Below are positions 28,027 through 38,785 of a stretch of DNA of 64,000 bases, piece by piece (within the stretch, counting starts at the first letter, position 1; every line of letters begins with the position of its first letter). The DNA is from an uncultured delta proteobacterium (lineage in GTDB: Bacteria > Desulfobacterota > Desulfobacteria > Desulfobacterales > SG8-13). A program made the position numbers and the translations under genes. The notes below the pieces were generated by a model. That model saw nothing but the letters and a program-made list of their open reading frames with translations, searched no databases and was not told the origin of the DNA. The stretch spans positions 62,001 to 126,000 of the forward strand of contig CAWKCK010000004.1 in assembly GCA_963848135.1 (NCBI GenBank). The letters are read 5' to 3'.

Positions 28027-28330
28027 GGAAAGTCTCCTGTGTTAAGGCTTGATTGTTGCCGATCAAGCGGCGAAAAACCGGATGTTGGCTGATGTTCTGC
28101 CGCTGCGAAGTAAAATTTTACGTTAACATGCGTCGTTCCGATTAAAAAGTCAAGAATCGACCGTGCTCTGAATCAAGGCGATAACCGATGCCGGTCATCT
28201 ATATAATCGTTACCGTAGTTTACTTCCCCAAAATATACTGATGGTTGAAAAATAGGTTGATCGAATTAGAAGAATGTTGTAACAGAAGAATAGTAGACAT
28301 ATAAACAATTATCAACACAAGGGACCACAG

Positions 28331-29095
28331 ATGAGAAAAATTGCAGTGGCAATGGCCAAGGGCGGCGTCGGTAAGACCACAACCGCCGTAAATCTGGCCT
28401 TCGGTTTAGCGCGCCAGGGCTTCAAAGTTCTCCTGGTTGACGCTGATACCCAGGGGCAGGCCGCGAAGTTTCTGGGAGTCAATCCCACTTTGGGACTTTA
28501 TGAATTCGTTACGGGTCGTGATGAGAGCGGGCAGACCATTTCGAAAAAAGATACCCTTTATCCCTGCCGTAACAACCTCTGGCTGCTCGGCGGCGGCATT
28601 AAACTGGTGGAGTTGAAACACTGGCTTGGAGAACAACCACGATCGGTAAGGCAGATTATTCTCGCTAATGCAATGGTACCCAAAGACGGAACCCTTGACT
28701 ACCTCATCTTCGATTGCTCTCCGGGGTGGGATGTTCTGAGCGTCAATATATTAATGTCCGTTTCAGAAGTCCTATGCCCAGTGGCATTACAGGGCCCAGC
28801 CATGGAGGGTCTGAAAACCTTTTTCGGCTATCTGATGTCTGCTCAACGATTGAACCTGGAACTGCAGTTGAAGTATGTTCTGCCAACCATGTTCGATCAG
28901 CGGACCCGTCACAGCTTCGATATTCTACGGCAACTCAAGCGATTGTTTCACAAACAGATCTGTCATCCGATCCGTTATAATGTTCGACTTCCGGAATCGG
29001 CGATGAAAGGCAAGTCGATTTTCGAATACCGTAGCAGCGCCGGTAGTGCTGCAGATTACGACAAACTGTTACTAAGGGTGCAAAACGATGGCTAA
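28331..29095 (+). CDS. ParA/MinD family ATPase without N-terminal HTH
   Basis: Deviant Walker A KGGVGKTT, DADTQG, IFDCSP, PTMFDQRT. Confidence 0.9.
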   Translation: MRKIAVAMAKGGVGKTTTAVNLAFGLARQGFKVLLVDADTQGQAAKFLGVNPTLGLYEFVTGRDESGQTISKKDTLYPCRNNLWLLGGGIKLVELKHWLGEQPRSVRQIILANAMVPKDGTLDYLIFDCSPGWDVLSVNILMSVSEVLCPVALQGPAMEGLKTFFGYLMSAQRLNLELQLKYVLPTMFDQRTRHSFDILRQLKRLFHKQICHPIRYNVRLPESAMKGKSIFEYRSSAGSAADYDKLLLRVQNDG

Positions 29096-29405
29096 AAGGA
29101 CGAAGAAATCCCCCGATTTTTTTGAGGACAATCCCTTCGATCCTGTCAGCGCTGCAACCGGAACCGCTCCAAAGGCACGCTCGGGTTCGGCCGGAAAGGA
29201 TTCCAAGCCGCCAAAACGCAAAGTGGGATTCTACCTGTCGGCAAACGTATTGGAGCGGTTTAATCGCAGTTTTTACGAATTGAAGCTGCAGGGACAGTCG
29301 ATTGAAAACAAATCCGCTTTGCTCGAAGTCGTTCTCGATTTTGCCTTGGACGATATCGATCGTGCTGAAGAGAGCTGTATTCTCAGAAGCATTGAAAAGA
29401 GATAA
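29088..29405 (+). CDS. Small ParA partner with disordered N-terminus and RHH-like C-terminus
   Basis: Overlaps the parA stop; KRKVGFYLS-helix-NKSALLEVVL pattern. Confidence 0.6.
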   Translation: MAKRTKKSPDFFEDNPFDPVSAATGTAPKARSGSAGKDSKPPKRKVGFYLSANVLERFNRSFYELKLQGQSIENKSALLEVVLDFALDDIDRAEESCILRSIEKR

Positions 29406-29645
29406 TCGCCCGTATGAACTCTGCCGGAGAGCTCATTTCAAAGCAAGAGTACTATTGAGACCTTCGGCGAAATTTTCAAGATATATGCCGGCGATAAATC
29501 CCTTGACTAATTGGTACATCCGCCCTAAAAGCGGGAGACGTTGTGAAAAACAAGGTGATTTCAGCCCATTGGCCTTTTGACATCTGGATGGCGACGTGTT
29601 CCGAAGTCGTTAATTGTGATTCTGAACAAGAATAAGGAGGATGAT

Positions 29646-31022
29646 ATGGAGATCAAAAAGGTTCTGCTATCGGAAGACGAGATGCCGAGGCAGTGGTACA
29701 ATATCCTGGCGGATATCAAAATGAACCCGCCTCTGGGACCGGACGGCAACCCGATAAGCCCCGATCAACTGGCCCCGGTATTTCCGATGAACCTGATTGA
29801 GCAGGAGGTCAGTGACCAGCGTTGGATCGACATCCCTGAAGAGGTTCAAAGTATTTATCGCATCTGGCGGCCGTCACCCCTTGTCCGTGCACTCACTTTG
29901 GAAAAGGCCCTTGGAACACCGGCCCGTATATATTTCAAATATGAAGGCGTAAGTCCTCCCGGCAGTCACAAACCAAACACGGCCGTGCCGCAGGCTTACT
30001 ACAACAAAGTCGCCGGCATCAAACGCCTGACCACCGAAACCGGAGCTGGCCAGTGGGGCAGTGCCTTGGCATTCGCCTGCGCGCAATTCGGCTTGGGCTG
30101 CAAGGTTTTCATGGTCCGGGTCAGTTTTGATCAAAAACCATACCGCAAATCGATGATGACCGCCTGGGGTGCGGAATGTGTTGCCAGTCCCAGCACCGCC
30201 ACCAAAGCCGGTCGCGATTGGCTCGAGTGTGATCCTGATACGCCGGGAAGCCTTGGGATCGCCATCAGTGAGGCGGTCGAGGCCGCTGTCAGCGATACAT
30301 CCGGCGAGACGCGGTACTCATTAGGAAGCGTTTTAAATCACGTAATGCTGCACCAGACCGTAATCGGCCTGGAGGCCAAGAAGCAGTTCGAAAAGATCGG
30401 CGAATATCCAGATATCATCATCGGCTGTGCCGGCGGCGGCAGCAATTTTGCCGGTATCGCCTATCCTTTTGTGTATGATAAATTCAACGGCAAAGATATC
30501 GCCATCTACCCGGTCGAACCGGCCGCTTGTCCGACACTGACCCGGGCGCCCTTTGCCTACGATCATGGCGACACCGCCGGCTACACGCCGCTTCTACCCA
30601 TGCACAGTCTCGGTCACACCTTCGTGCCGGCCCCGATTCATGCCGGCGGTCTGCGTTATCACGGAATGGCGCCGACGGTGAGCCAACTGGTGGATGAAGG
30701 CATTCTCGAACCTAAGGCCGTCGAGCAACTGGCAGCCTTCGAAGCCGGTGTTCTTCTGGCCCGTACTGAGGGGATCATTCCCGCACCGGAGACCAACCAC
30801 GCGTTGGCTTGCGTGGTCGATGAAGCCAAAAAGGCCAAAGAGGAAGGCAAAGAGAAAGTCATCCTATTCAACTGGAGCGGTCACGGCCTGATCGACCTGG
30901 GCTCCTACGATAAATACTTTTCCGGGGAGCTGCAGGACTTGTCGCTCAGTCAGGAAGAGCAGGACAGATATACCAGTATTCTGGCCGAGTATCCGAAGCC
31001 TCAGCATATCAAAAGCCGATAG
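29646..31022 (+). CDS. trpB2: TrpB2-type tryptophan synthase beta-like PLP enzyme
   Basis: [55 protein letters not shown]. Confidence 0.92.
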   Translation: MEIKKVLLSEDEMPRQWYNILADIKMNPPLGPDGNPISPDQLAPVFPMNLIEQEVSDQRWIDIPEEVQSIYRIWRPSPLVRALTLEKALGTPARIYFKYEGVSPPGSHKPNTAVPQAYYNKVAGIKRLTTETGAGQWGSALAFACAQFGLGCKVFMVRVSFDQKPYRKSMMTAWGAECVASPSTATKAGRDWLECDPDTPGSLGIAISEAVEAAVSDTSGETRYSLGSVLNHVMLHQTVIGLEAKKQFEKIGEYPDIIIGCAGGGSNFAGIAYPFVYDKFNGKDIAIYPVEPAACPTLTRAPFAYDHGDTAGYTPLLPMHSLGHTFVPAPIHAGGLRYHGMAPTVSQLVDEGILEPKAVEQLAAFEAGVLLARTEGIIPAPETNHALACVVDEAKKAKEEGKEKVILFNWSGHGLIDLGSYDKYFSGELQDLSLSQEEQDRYTSILAEYPKPQHIKSR

Positions 31023-31043
31023 ATTTATGACACAGCCGGACCG

Positions 31044-31316
31044 ATGATGAGCAAAGCAACAAAACAACTCGTGCGACGGTGCCCCCGACTCGGGGGCCCG
31101 GTCGATTTTTTCTATTGTAAAACCTGTGAGCCACAACGGCATCCCTGCCGGAAAATAATCGATTGCTGGTGGGAAACCTTCGACGTCCAGCGCTATCTCC
31201 AGGACCACCTGGCGCCAGAAATTTTGCAACAGCTCACTCGCCAGGAAACGGAGCCGAAGATCAGCCAACTTGTAAAGATCATGGACCGGACTCAAAAACG
31301 TTTGGCCAAGCCCTGA
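31044..31316 (+). CDS. Small Cys-rich hypothetical protein
   Basis: RCPRLG, YCKTC, PC, DCWW; co-directional after trpB2. Confidence 0.65.
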   Translation: MMSKATKQLVRRCPRLGGPVDFFYCKTCEPQRHPCRKIIDCWWETFDVQRYLQDHLAPEILQQLTRQETEPKISQLVKIMDRTQKRLAKP

Positions 31317-31381
31317 CACGAAAAAAAAATCATCGGTAATCACTTCATCCGGACCTCGGACCCTCACGTCATGCGTGAAGC

Positions 31382-32092
31382 ATGAAGCCACCGCCTGAAA
31401 AATACCTCAGACCGACGGCCATTCTGGACTGCGACCACCCGGCGGTCATCCATTTTGCGGACCGTATCGCGGGAAAAGCCGAAAATGATCCGGTCAAGAC
31501 CGCTGTGCGGCTCTATTATGCGGTCCGGGACGGTATCCGCTACGATCCTTACGTCCCTTTTCATCGACCCTCCCACTACCGTGCCAGTAATATATTAAAA
31601 TGGCGCCGGGGCTACTGCGTCGGCAAAGCCGCGCTGCTCTGTGCCGCTGCCCGGGCGCGAAGAATCCCCTGCCGTCTTGGATTCGCAACGGTTTGCAACC
31701 ACCTGGCATCCGAAAAGCTGATCGCCTACATCGGTTCGGATCGTTTCGTCTACCATGGCTATGTGGAATTCTGGCTGAACCGCTGCTGGGTGAAAGCCAC
31801 CCCGGCCTTCAATGCCGAACTCTGTGATTTGCACCGCGTGGACCCGCTCGATTTCGATGGGCATTCGCATGCCATCTATCAGTCCTATAATCGTGATAAC
31901 AAACGCTATATCGAATATCTGGCCGATCACGGAACATACGCCGATGTGCCTGTTGCGGCGATAGTGAGTGCCTGGAAGGTGGCATACGGCGTCCGCAAGG
32001 TACAGGGGTGGATCGATAGGAACCGGTCTCGGGAGGGCGGTCCACGGTTTTCAGTCCGTGATTTTTACCGGGAACCGCCTATGAAATCTTGA
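31382..32092 (+). CDS. Transglutaminase-like family protein
   Basis: YYAVRDGIRY, GYCVGKA (Cys), YHGYVEFW (His). Confidence 0.82.
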   Translation: MKPPPEKYLRPTAILDCDHPAVIHFADRIAGKAENDPVKTAVRLYYAVRDGIRYDPYVPFHRPSHYRASNILKWRRGYCVGKAALLCAAARARRIPCRLGFATVCNHLASEKLIAYIGSDRFVYHGYVEFWLNRCWVKATPAFNAELCDLHRVDPLDFDGHSHAIYQSYNRDNKRYIEYLADHGTYADVPVAAIVSAWKVAYGVRKVQGWIDRNRSREGGPRFSVRDFYREPPMKS

Positions 32093-32262
32093 CGGGTTTG
32101 GGGCGGGTTGGTGCCGTTAAGGGACAATTGAGGACTTCGGCAAAGATGCATATGCTAAACCGAACCGTTCAAAAATCGTATTTAACACTAAGAAATATTT
32201 AATTATTATAATAAAACCGGTCAGGTGCGACGACGGCAGGATGGAACCATTGATCCGCTGGA

Positions 32263-32748
32263 TCAAATCGATTTTGAGGGATCCGTTCCTGAAATTTCCG
32301 CCTCGCGCATGCAGCGGGGACAGAGGCCTTCGAACTCCAGGCGATGGCCAATGATGGTATAGACGGTTGTCCCGTAGAGTTCATCCTCGATTTCCCGCAA
32401 CGGGGCGATCGGGGCGTTATCCACCCGTCCGCATTGCAGGCAGCGGACGTGGTAATGTTTTTTTGGATCCCAGTCAAAGCGTTTGATATCCCCCCCGAGT
32501 TCAAGTTTCTGAATTTCCCCCAACTCCGACAGAATTTCCAGGTTGCGGTAGACCGTTCCGAGACTGATTCGTGGCAGCCGCTTGCGAACCATTTCATAGA
32601 CTTCGTCGGCACTCGGGTGTACTTTGGCTCGTCGAATTTCCTCGAGGATCACTTCACGTTGACGCGTCATTCGATAGGTAATGGTTTTGGGAGCGGTGTT
32701 GGTGGTGGATTTTCCTCCCGGGCTGGCCGGTTTATTTTTAGCTGCCAT
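32263..32748 (-). CDS. Fur family transcriptional repressor (Fur/PerR-like)
   Basis: TRQR..IL, HPSADEVY, SLGTVYRNL, HYHVRCLQCG, GLCPRC; exact start uncertain. Confidence 0.9.
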   Translation of the reverse strand: MAAKNKPASPGGKSTTNTAPKTITYRMTRQREVILEEIRRAKVHPSADEVYEMVRKRLPRISLGTVYRNLEILSELGEIQKLELGGDIKRFDWDPKKHYHVRCLQCGRVDNAPIAPLREIEDELYGTTVYTIIGHRLEFEGLCPRCMREAEISGTDPSKSI

Positions 32749-33154
32749 AGTCATTTACCGGTATCGGTGATCGTATAAGGCTTCGTCAATATGAGTGGTT
32801 ACTGATAACAATAACCGTCGATCTCGTCAAGAAAGCCATCGGTAAACACCACGAAAAATACAAAAAAATGGCCGGCGGTCGAGAAATGTCCAATTTCGGT
32901 TCGATTCGATATAAAGGCATCCATCTTTTTGGTTGAAATTAAAGATTTCTTTCAACGTCCTGTTGTTCGGTGAAATTTAGGCATTTCTGGATGGTTTTCT
33001 TGACTTGATCGGGCGAGGGCAGGTGAAAACAGATTGACAAGATGATTAATTTTATAATAGAATATCAGCTATTTATAAATTCGGTGACCGACCATGGCCA
33101 GTGTCGCGATATCGAATTATTATCACTACTTGACTCACTTGAAGGGACCTGATC

Positions 33155-34096
33155 TTGATAAACGGCGTTGAGAACGACAATACCCAGAGAATTCAGTTCG
33201 AGAAACCGGATCTTGTTGAAATGACAAAGACTTACACGGTTGTAGACTTGCATTTTCACAGCCGCTACTCCGACGGTTCAAATTCAGTCGCAGAAATCAT
33301 CCGCTATGCCCGAGATTTGAATATCGGTGTTGCCATCACCGACCATAACGCTATCGAAGGGGCAGTCAGACTCGATACCTGCAAAGATGTACTGAGCATT
33401 CCGGGCATTGAAGTCACTTCCGTAGAAGGGGCTCACATTCTAGTGTATTTTTATGAGATCGAGAGTCTGAAGCGCTTCTACTACGAAGATATAAAGTCCT
33501 TCATGGGCAGTGACATCATGAGTTCAACATCCCTCAAGATGGAAGAGATCATTGCGCGGGCCAGAAAATATCACACGGTCATCATCTTTCCCCATCCTAA
33601 TTGTGCTGTATACACCGGGATTTGCAATCCTTATTTTTCCCAGGAGCGACAGCAAAAATTATTTCACTTGGCTGATGGGGTGGAAGTGATCAATTCCGGC
33701 AACCTGAAAAAGCAAAATCTCAAATGCGCCCTGTTGGGATTCAATCTCAACAAAGCCATTACTGGTGGCAGCGACGGGCACCTGCTTAAGCACATGGGAA
33801 AAGTGGTTTCCTACGCTGACTGCCATCCCAATCGTCAGGCATTTCTCGATGCAGTCAAACAGAAAAAAAATAAAGTGATCGGCAAGGAAGTAAATATTCT
33901 CCGGAAGATGACCGCCAACGGTTACAAGCTCCGATCGAATTTTCGCAATGGGACCGATTTATTCAGTAAAAATTGTCATTTCGGATATACTCTCGTCCAT
34001 ACCCAATCCCAAAAACTGCAGGAAAACCTGCGCCGCAGCCTCAACGGTAAATTTCGGCAGCGCTTGAAGGCAAAGATGTATCGATACGATTTTTAA
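33155..34096 (+). CDS. PHP domain metal-dependent phosphoesterase
   Basis: DLHFHSRYSDG, ITDHN, GIEV, PHP, GGSDGH. Confidence 0.85.
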   Translation: MINGVENDNTQRIQFEKPDLVEMTKTYTVVDLHFHSRYSDGSNSVAEIIRYARDLNIGVAITDHNAIEGAVRLDTCKDVLSIPGIEVTSVEGAHILVYFYEIESLKRFYYEDIKSFMGSDIMSSTSLKMEEIIARARKYHTVIIFPHPNCAVYTGICNPYFSQERQQKLFHLADGVEVINSGNLKKQNLKCALLGFNLNKAITGGSDGHLLKHMGKVVSYADCHPNRQAFLDAVKQKKNKVIGKEVNILRKMTANGYKLRSNFRNGTDLFSKNCHFGYTLVHTQSQKLQENLRRSLNGKFRQRLKAKMYRYDF

Positions 34097-34389
34097 TCTC
34101 TTCCACTTCCACCCCACCCAATCTTTTGACGAATAAATGAACGGCTGGAGAAATGTCAAACCGTCCAGCCGTCCGGCTTTCATTTAAAAAGCACAGGAAA
34201 ATTTTGTATTGACCTGCTTCGTCGGATTCGTGTAGTTACAAAATATAACGTGTGTGATCAGCAATGACGCGGTTTTTGGTTCGTTCGTGCGGACATTCTC
34301 CTGTCAGCTGAGTGTCCGGGGAGCGGTAATGGACTGTCAAAATTGCCGCTGAAAAGAGATTCAACTCAATTTATTAAGGAGGAGAGCAG

Positions 34390-35409
34390 ATGAAGGGATT
34401 CAAACTGATCGTGGTGATTGCAATAGTTGGGGTTCTTCTATCCGGGAGTGTCGTCTTTGCCGGCACCCTTGCGGATGTCAAAGCCAAGGGGTTTATTGCG
34501 GTGGGCGTCAATGAAGGCTTGTTCGGCTTTTCGAAACCCGATGAAAAGGGCGTTTGGCGCGGGCTGGATGTCGATACCGCCCGGGCGATTTCGGTGGCGG
34601 TTTTCGGTGATCCGAACAAGATCAAGTTCATCCCCCTTACGGCCAAAACAAGGTTCACGGCGCTGCAGTCCGGGGAAATCGACGTACTTACCCGCAACGC
34701 GACCCAGACGCTTAGCCGCGAATCCTCCCTGGGTTTAAACTTCGCGCATGTGAATTATTACGACGGTCAGGGCTTCCTCGTGCCGAAGAAACTCGGTGTT
34801 AAAGACGCCAAGGAACTGGATGGTGCGACGGTTTGTGTTTTACCTGGAACCACGACGGAGCTCAATGTTGCCGATTTTTTCAGGGCCAACAAAATGACGA
34901 TGAAGCCGGTCGTCATCGAAAGCACGCCGGAGTTGGCCAAGGCTTTTTTCGCTGGTCGTTGTGACACTTTGACATCCGATGCGTCCCAGTTGGCCAGCAC
35001 CCGCTCGGTAGCTCCCAACCCGGATGACTATGTCCTTTTGCCCACAATCATTTCCCGAGAACCATTGGCTCCGGCCGTTCGCCATGGTGACGACCAGTGG
35101 CTCGACATTGTTAATTTTGCGACAATGGCGATGATCGAAGCCGAATTTCTGGGTGTTAGCTCCAAAAATGTGGACGAAATGATGAAGAGCGACAACCCGC
35201 AGATTCAACGCTTTCTCGGCGCGAATCCGGGAAACGGCGAGGCCCTGGGATTGGACGAGAAGTGGGCCTATAATATCGTCAAGATGGTCGGAAACTACGG
35301 CGAGGTTTTCGAGCGCAATGTCGGCATCAACACCCCCCTCAAGCTCGAACGCGGGTTGAACGCGTTGTGGACGAACGGTGGTCTGATGTACACCCCACCG
35401 TTCAAATAA
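34390..35409 (+). CDS. aapJ: General L-amino acid ABC transporter substrate-binding protein (AapJ/BztA)
   Basis: Signal peptide; RFTALQSGEIDVL, YYDGQGF, GTTTE, EPLAPAVRHGD, VGNYGE. Confidence 0.9.
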   Translation: MKGFKLIVVIAIVGVLLSGSVVFAGTLADVKAKGFIAVGVNEGLFGFSKPDEKGVWRGLDVDTARAISVAVFGDPNKIKFIPLTAKTRFTALQSGEIDVLTRNATQTLSRESSLGLNFAHVNYYDGQGFLVPKKLGVKDAKELDGATVCVLPGTTTELNVADFFRANKMTMKPVVIESTPELAKAFFAGRCDTLTSDASQLASTRSVAPNPDDYVLLPTIISREPLAPAVRHGDDQWLDIVNFATMAMIEAEFLGVSSKNVDEMMKSDNPQIQRFLGANPGNGEALGLDEKWAYNIVKMVGNYGEVFERNVGINTPLKLERGLNALWTNGGLMYTPPFK

Positions 35410-35445
35410 TCGATTGAACCGTTCATTAATGAAAAGTGCTCTAAA

Positions 35446-35491
35446 CAAGCCGTTAGGCCGCCGATTTCCCATTCGCCGGCTTAACGGCTTG
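35446..35491 (+). terminator. Intercistronic stem-loop after the substrate-binding gene
   Basis: CAAGCCGTTAGGCCG ... CGGCTTAACGGCTTG. Confidence 0.55.
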
Positions 35492-35655
35492 GGTCATTTA
35501 TTGTGCTTGCGTTTATCCACCAAGGGTGAAATATCCTTTCTGCAGAAACGCGATAGCGCCAGCCGTACCCTGCCCAATGCTTCCGGTTGGGAATTGAGTC
35601 CAGGACGCCTTTGCAAGGTGCTGAAACCCTAAACGAGTTTGATTCCAACAGCCTG

Positions 35656-36852
35656 ATGTCGCCAACAAAAGATCACCGCAGCAGCAACGTGACCCCATCC
35701 AAAACCACCTTCTGGTACGACCCCAAGTTTCGCGCGGTCTTGTATCAGATCGGTGTCCTGGTGACGGTCGGTCTGCTGGGGTATTATTTGATAACAAACA
35801 CCGTGACGAACCTGGAAAAACAGTCCATCGCCACGGGATTCGGCTTTCTGGAGAAACAGTCGTCGTTTGAAATCGGGGAATCCCTCATTCCCTATTCAGC
35901 GGCCGACACCTATTTTCGGGCGCTGCTGGTTGGTGCACTCAACACACTTCTGGTGGCTTTGATCGGAATCATTCTCACCATCATCCTCGGCACATTCCTC
36001 GGTATCGCGCGGCTTTCGACAAACTGGCTGGTATCAAAACTCGCCTCAATTTACATCGAGGTTTTTCAGGATATCCCCATTCTGCTGCAGCTGTTCTTCT
36101 GGTATGCTTTATTCTATGAAATTCTGCCGCAGCCGCGGCAAGCCCTTAAACTTTTCAATGGTGTCTTTCTGTGCAACCGGGGCTTGATTTTCGGTATACC
36201 CGAGGCGGATCCGGCCTATAGATACATGGCGGTCGCATTTCTGATCGGATGTAGCCTTATTTATTTATTGCGGCGCTGGGCCCGCAAACGTCAGGATGAA
36301 ACCGGCCAGGCATTTCCCGTCATTCGGGTCTCCCTCGGGATAATGATCGGCCTGCCGCTGATCACATGGTGGCTCGCCGGTGCACCGACGGCGATGGATG
36401 TGCCGGTATTAAAGGGGTTCAATTACCAAGGCGGCATCACCGTCAGCCCCGAATTCACGGCTTTATTGCTGGGACTCGTCCTATACACAGCCGCCTTTGT
36501 GGCCGAAGTTGTGCGCGCCGGCATTCAATCCGTCAGCAAGGGACAGACAGAGGCCGCGGTGTCGATCGGCCTGAGACCCGGACAAGTGTTGAACCTGGTG
36601 ATCTTGCCCCAGGCACTGCGGGTCATTATCCCGCCCCTGACCAGTCAGATGCTCAATCTGACAAAGAACAGCTCCCTGGCCGTCGCTATCGGCTATCCCG
36701 ATTTCGTGTCCGTTTCGGGTACCACCATCAACCAGACCGGCCAGGCCATCGAGGGGGTTGCGATGATAATGATGATATATCTTATTTTCAGCTTGACGAC
36801 CTCGGCCTTCATGAACTGGTACAACAAGAAAATGAAACTTGTCGAGCGCTAG
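35656..36852 (+). CDS. aapQ: Amino acid ABC transporter permease (AapQ)
   Basis: Multiple TM segments, AEVVRAGI..V.KGQ.EAA loop, KNSSLA; start uncertain. Confidence 0.88.
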   Translation: MSPTKDHRSSNVTPSKTTFWYDPKFRAVLYQIGVLVTVGLLGYYLITNTVTNLEKQSIATGFGFLEKQSSFEIGESLIPYSAADTYFRALLVGALNTLLVALIGIILTIILGTFLGIARLSTNWLVSKLASIYIEVFQDIPILLQLFFWYALFYEILPQPRQALKLFNGVFLCNRGLIFGIPEADPAYRYMAVAFLIGCSLIYLLRRWARKRQDETGQAFPVIRVSLGIMIGLPLITWWLAGAPTAMDVPVLKGFNYQGGITVSPEFTALLLGLVLYTAAFVAEVVRAGIQSVSKGQTEAAVSIGLRPGQVLNLVILPQALRVIIPPLTSQMLNLTKNSSLAVAIGYPDFVSVSGTTINQTGQAIEGVAMIMMIYLIFSLTTSAFMNWYNKKMKLVER

Positions 36853-36865
36853 GCGGAATCCAGTA

Positions 36866-37963
36866 ATGGCAGACACGCGCCAGGACATACATCCGGTTGA
36901 AGAAGTCAAACCGCCGCGGACGCAGGTCGGAATCATCGGCTGGTTGCGGACAAACCTATTCAGCACCTGGTACAATTCACTGCTGACGGTGGTCATCCTT
37001 TACGTCCTCTGGCTAACGATTCCGCCCTTTATCCGCTGGGCTTTCATCGACAGCCTGTGGATGTCGACGGGCAAAGAGTGCCAGGCCGCCGATGGGGCCT
37101 GCTGGTCGGTCATACCGGCCAATATCCGCTTTATCATGTTCGGTTTTTATCCTTACGACATTCAATGGCGGCCGGCGACCGCGGTCGTCATGCTGGTGAG
37201 CCTGCTCATCTTCAGCCAGTATCGCTGCAACTGGAAGAAGTCCTTGCTCTATATCTGGATCGCCGGCCTGGTCTGCATGGGCGTGCTCATGCGCGGCGGG
37301 GTCCTGGGCTTGGCCGCGGTGGAGAGCACAAAGTGGGGCGGGCTGCCGCTGACCCTTTTGCTCTCGGTATTCGGCCTGACGGCTGCTTATCCCCTCGGTA
37401 TCCTCCTGGCTTTAGGGCGCCAGTCGAAGCTGCCGGCCATCAAAAGCCTCTGCGTCGCTTATATCGAGCTGATTCGGGGCGTTCCTCTGATCAGCCTCCT
37501 GTTCATGTCGTCGGTCGTCTTTCCCTTGTTTTTACCGGAAGGCGTTACGGTAAACAATATTCTACGGGCCCAGGTCGCCATCATTTTGTTCACCGCCGCC
37601 TATATCGCCGAGGTGGTGCGCGGTGGTTTACAGGGCATGTCCGCTGGACAGTATGAAGCCGCAGAATCTTTGGGGTTGAATTACTACCAAACCATGCGTT
37701 TAATCATATTGCCCCAGGCGCTCAAGATCGTCATTCCGCCCTCGGTAAGTATCCTTATTTCAGCTTTCAAAGATACCTCACTGGTGGTGATTATCGCTCT
37801 CTACGATCTGCTGAAAACCACCCAATCCATTCTTGGTGATCCCCGTTGGATGGGATTTTCAGCGGAGGCGTATATTTTTATCGCTATCATCTATTTCGTG
37901 TGCTGCTTCTACATGTCCAACTTCAGTCGCAAGCTGGAACGCGATCTCGACACGGGGCTGTAG
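36866..37963 (+). CDS. aapM: Amino acid ABC transporter permease (AapM)
   Basis: W.R.NLF, WGGL.LT, RGVPLI, GQYEAA, FKDTSL. Confidence 0.88.
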   Translation: MADTRQDIHPVEEVKPPRTQVGIIGWLRTNLFSTWYNSLLTVVILYVLWLTIPPFIRWAFIDSLWMSTGKECQAADGACWSVIPANIRFIMFGFYPYDIQWRPATAVVMLVSLLIFSQYRCNWKKSLLYIWIAGLVCMGVLMRGGVLGLAAVESTKWGGLPLTLLLSVFGLTAAYPLGILLALGRQSKLPAIKSLCVAYIELIRGVPLISLLFMSSVVFPLFLPEGVTVNNILRAQVAIILFTAAYIAEVVRGGLQGMSAGQYEAAESLGLNYYQTMRLIILPQALKIVIPPSVSILISAFKDTSLVVIIALYDLLKTTQSILGDPRWMGFSAEAYIFIAIIYFVCCFYMSNFSRKLERDLDTGL

Positions 37964-37996
37964 GCGACACAGGAACCAGTATATTACACACTCGGG

Positions 37997-38785
37997 ATGT
38001 TTAAAGTCATGAATGAGACAAAACCGGCCCAGAACGATCGTCTTCACGCCAATGACACCATCATCGAAATCATTGGAATGCACAAGTGGTTCGACGAATT
38101 CCACGTGCTCAAGGATATCAACCTTAAAGTCGCCCGCAAGGAGCGCATTGTTATCTGCGGGCCGTCCGGATCGGGGAAATCGACCCTGATCCGTTGCATC
38201 AATCGCTTGGAGGAGCACCAGAAGGGTCAGATAATCGTCGACGGAACCGAATTGACCAACAACATAAAAAATATTGAAAAGATCCGCGCCGAAGTCGGAA
38301 TGGTTTTCCAGCACTTCAACCTGTTTCCTCACCTGACGATTGTTGAAAACCTGGCGCTGGGGCCGATCTGGGTGCGCAAAGTCCCGCGTAAAGAAGCCGA
38401 GGAAGCGGCAATGCACTACCTCGAAAAGGTTCAAATTGCCGAACAGGCTCAAAAATATCCGGGTCAGCTTTCCGGTGGACAGCAACAACGGGTTGCGATT
38501 GCCCGCAGCCTCTGCATGGCCCCGAAGGTGATGCTGTTCGATGAGCCCACCTCCGCCCTCGATCCTGAAATGATCAAGGAGGTTCTGGATGTTATGATCG
38601 ACCTGGCCCAGGAGGGGATGACGATGATTGTGGTTACCCACGAAATGGGTTTTGCAAAGAGTGTTGCCCACCGTGTTCTGTTCATGGACTACGGGCAGAT
38701 CGTAGAAGCCAACACGCCCGATGAATTTTTCGACAATCCGCAACACGAGCGCACGAAACTCTTTCTCAGTCAAATTCTACATTAA
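37997..38785 (+). CDS. aapP: Amino acid ABC transporter ATP-binding protein (AapP/GlnQ)
   Basis: [26 protein letters not shown]. Confidence 0.92.
   Translation: MFKVMNETKPAQNDRLHANDTIIEIIGMHKWFDEFHVLKDINLKVARKERIVICGPSGSGKSTLIRCINRLEEHQKGQIIVDGTELTNNIKNIEKIRAEVGMVFQHFNLFPHLTIVENLALGPIWVRKVPRKEAEEAAMHYLEKVQIAEQAQKYPGQLSGGQQQRVAIARSLCMAPKVMLFDEPTSALDPEMIKEVLDVMIDLAQEGMTMIVVTHEMGFAKSVAHRVLFMDYGQIVEANTPDEFFDNPQHERTKLFLSQILH

Noticed and set aside
32800..32825. GATAACAATAACCGTC as an autoregulatory Fur box
   Set aside because: Only about 11/19 matches and no dyad symmetry.
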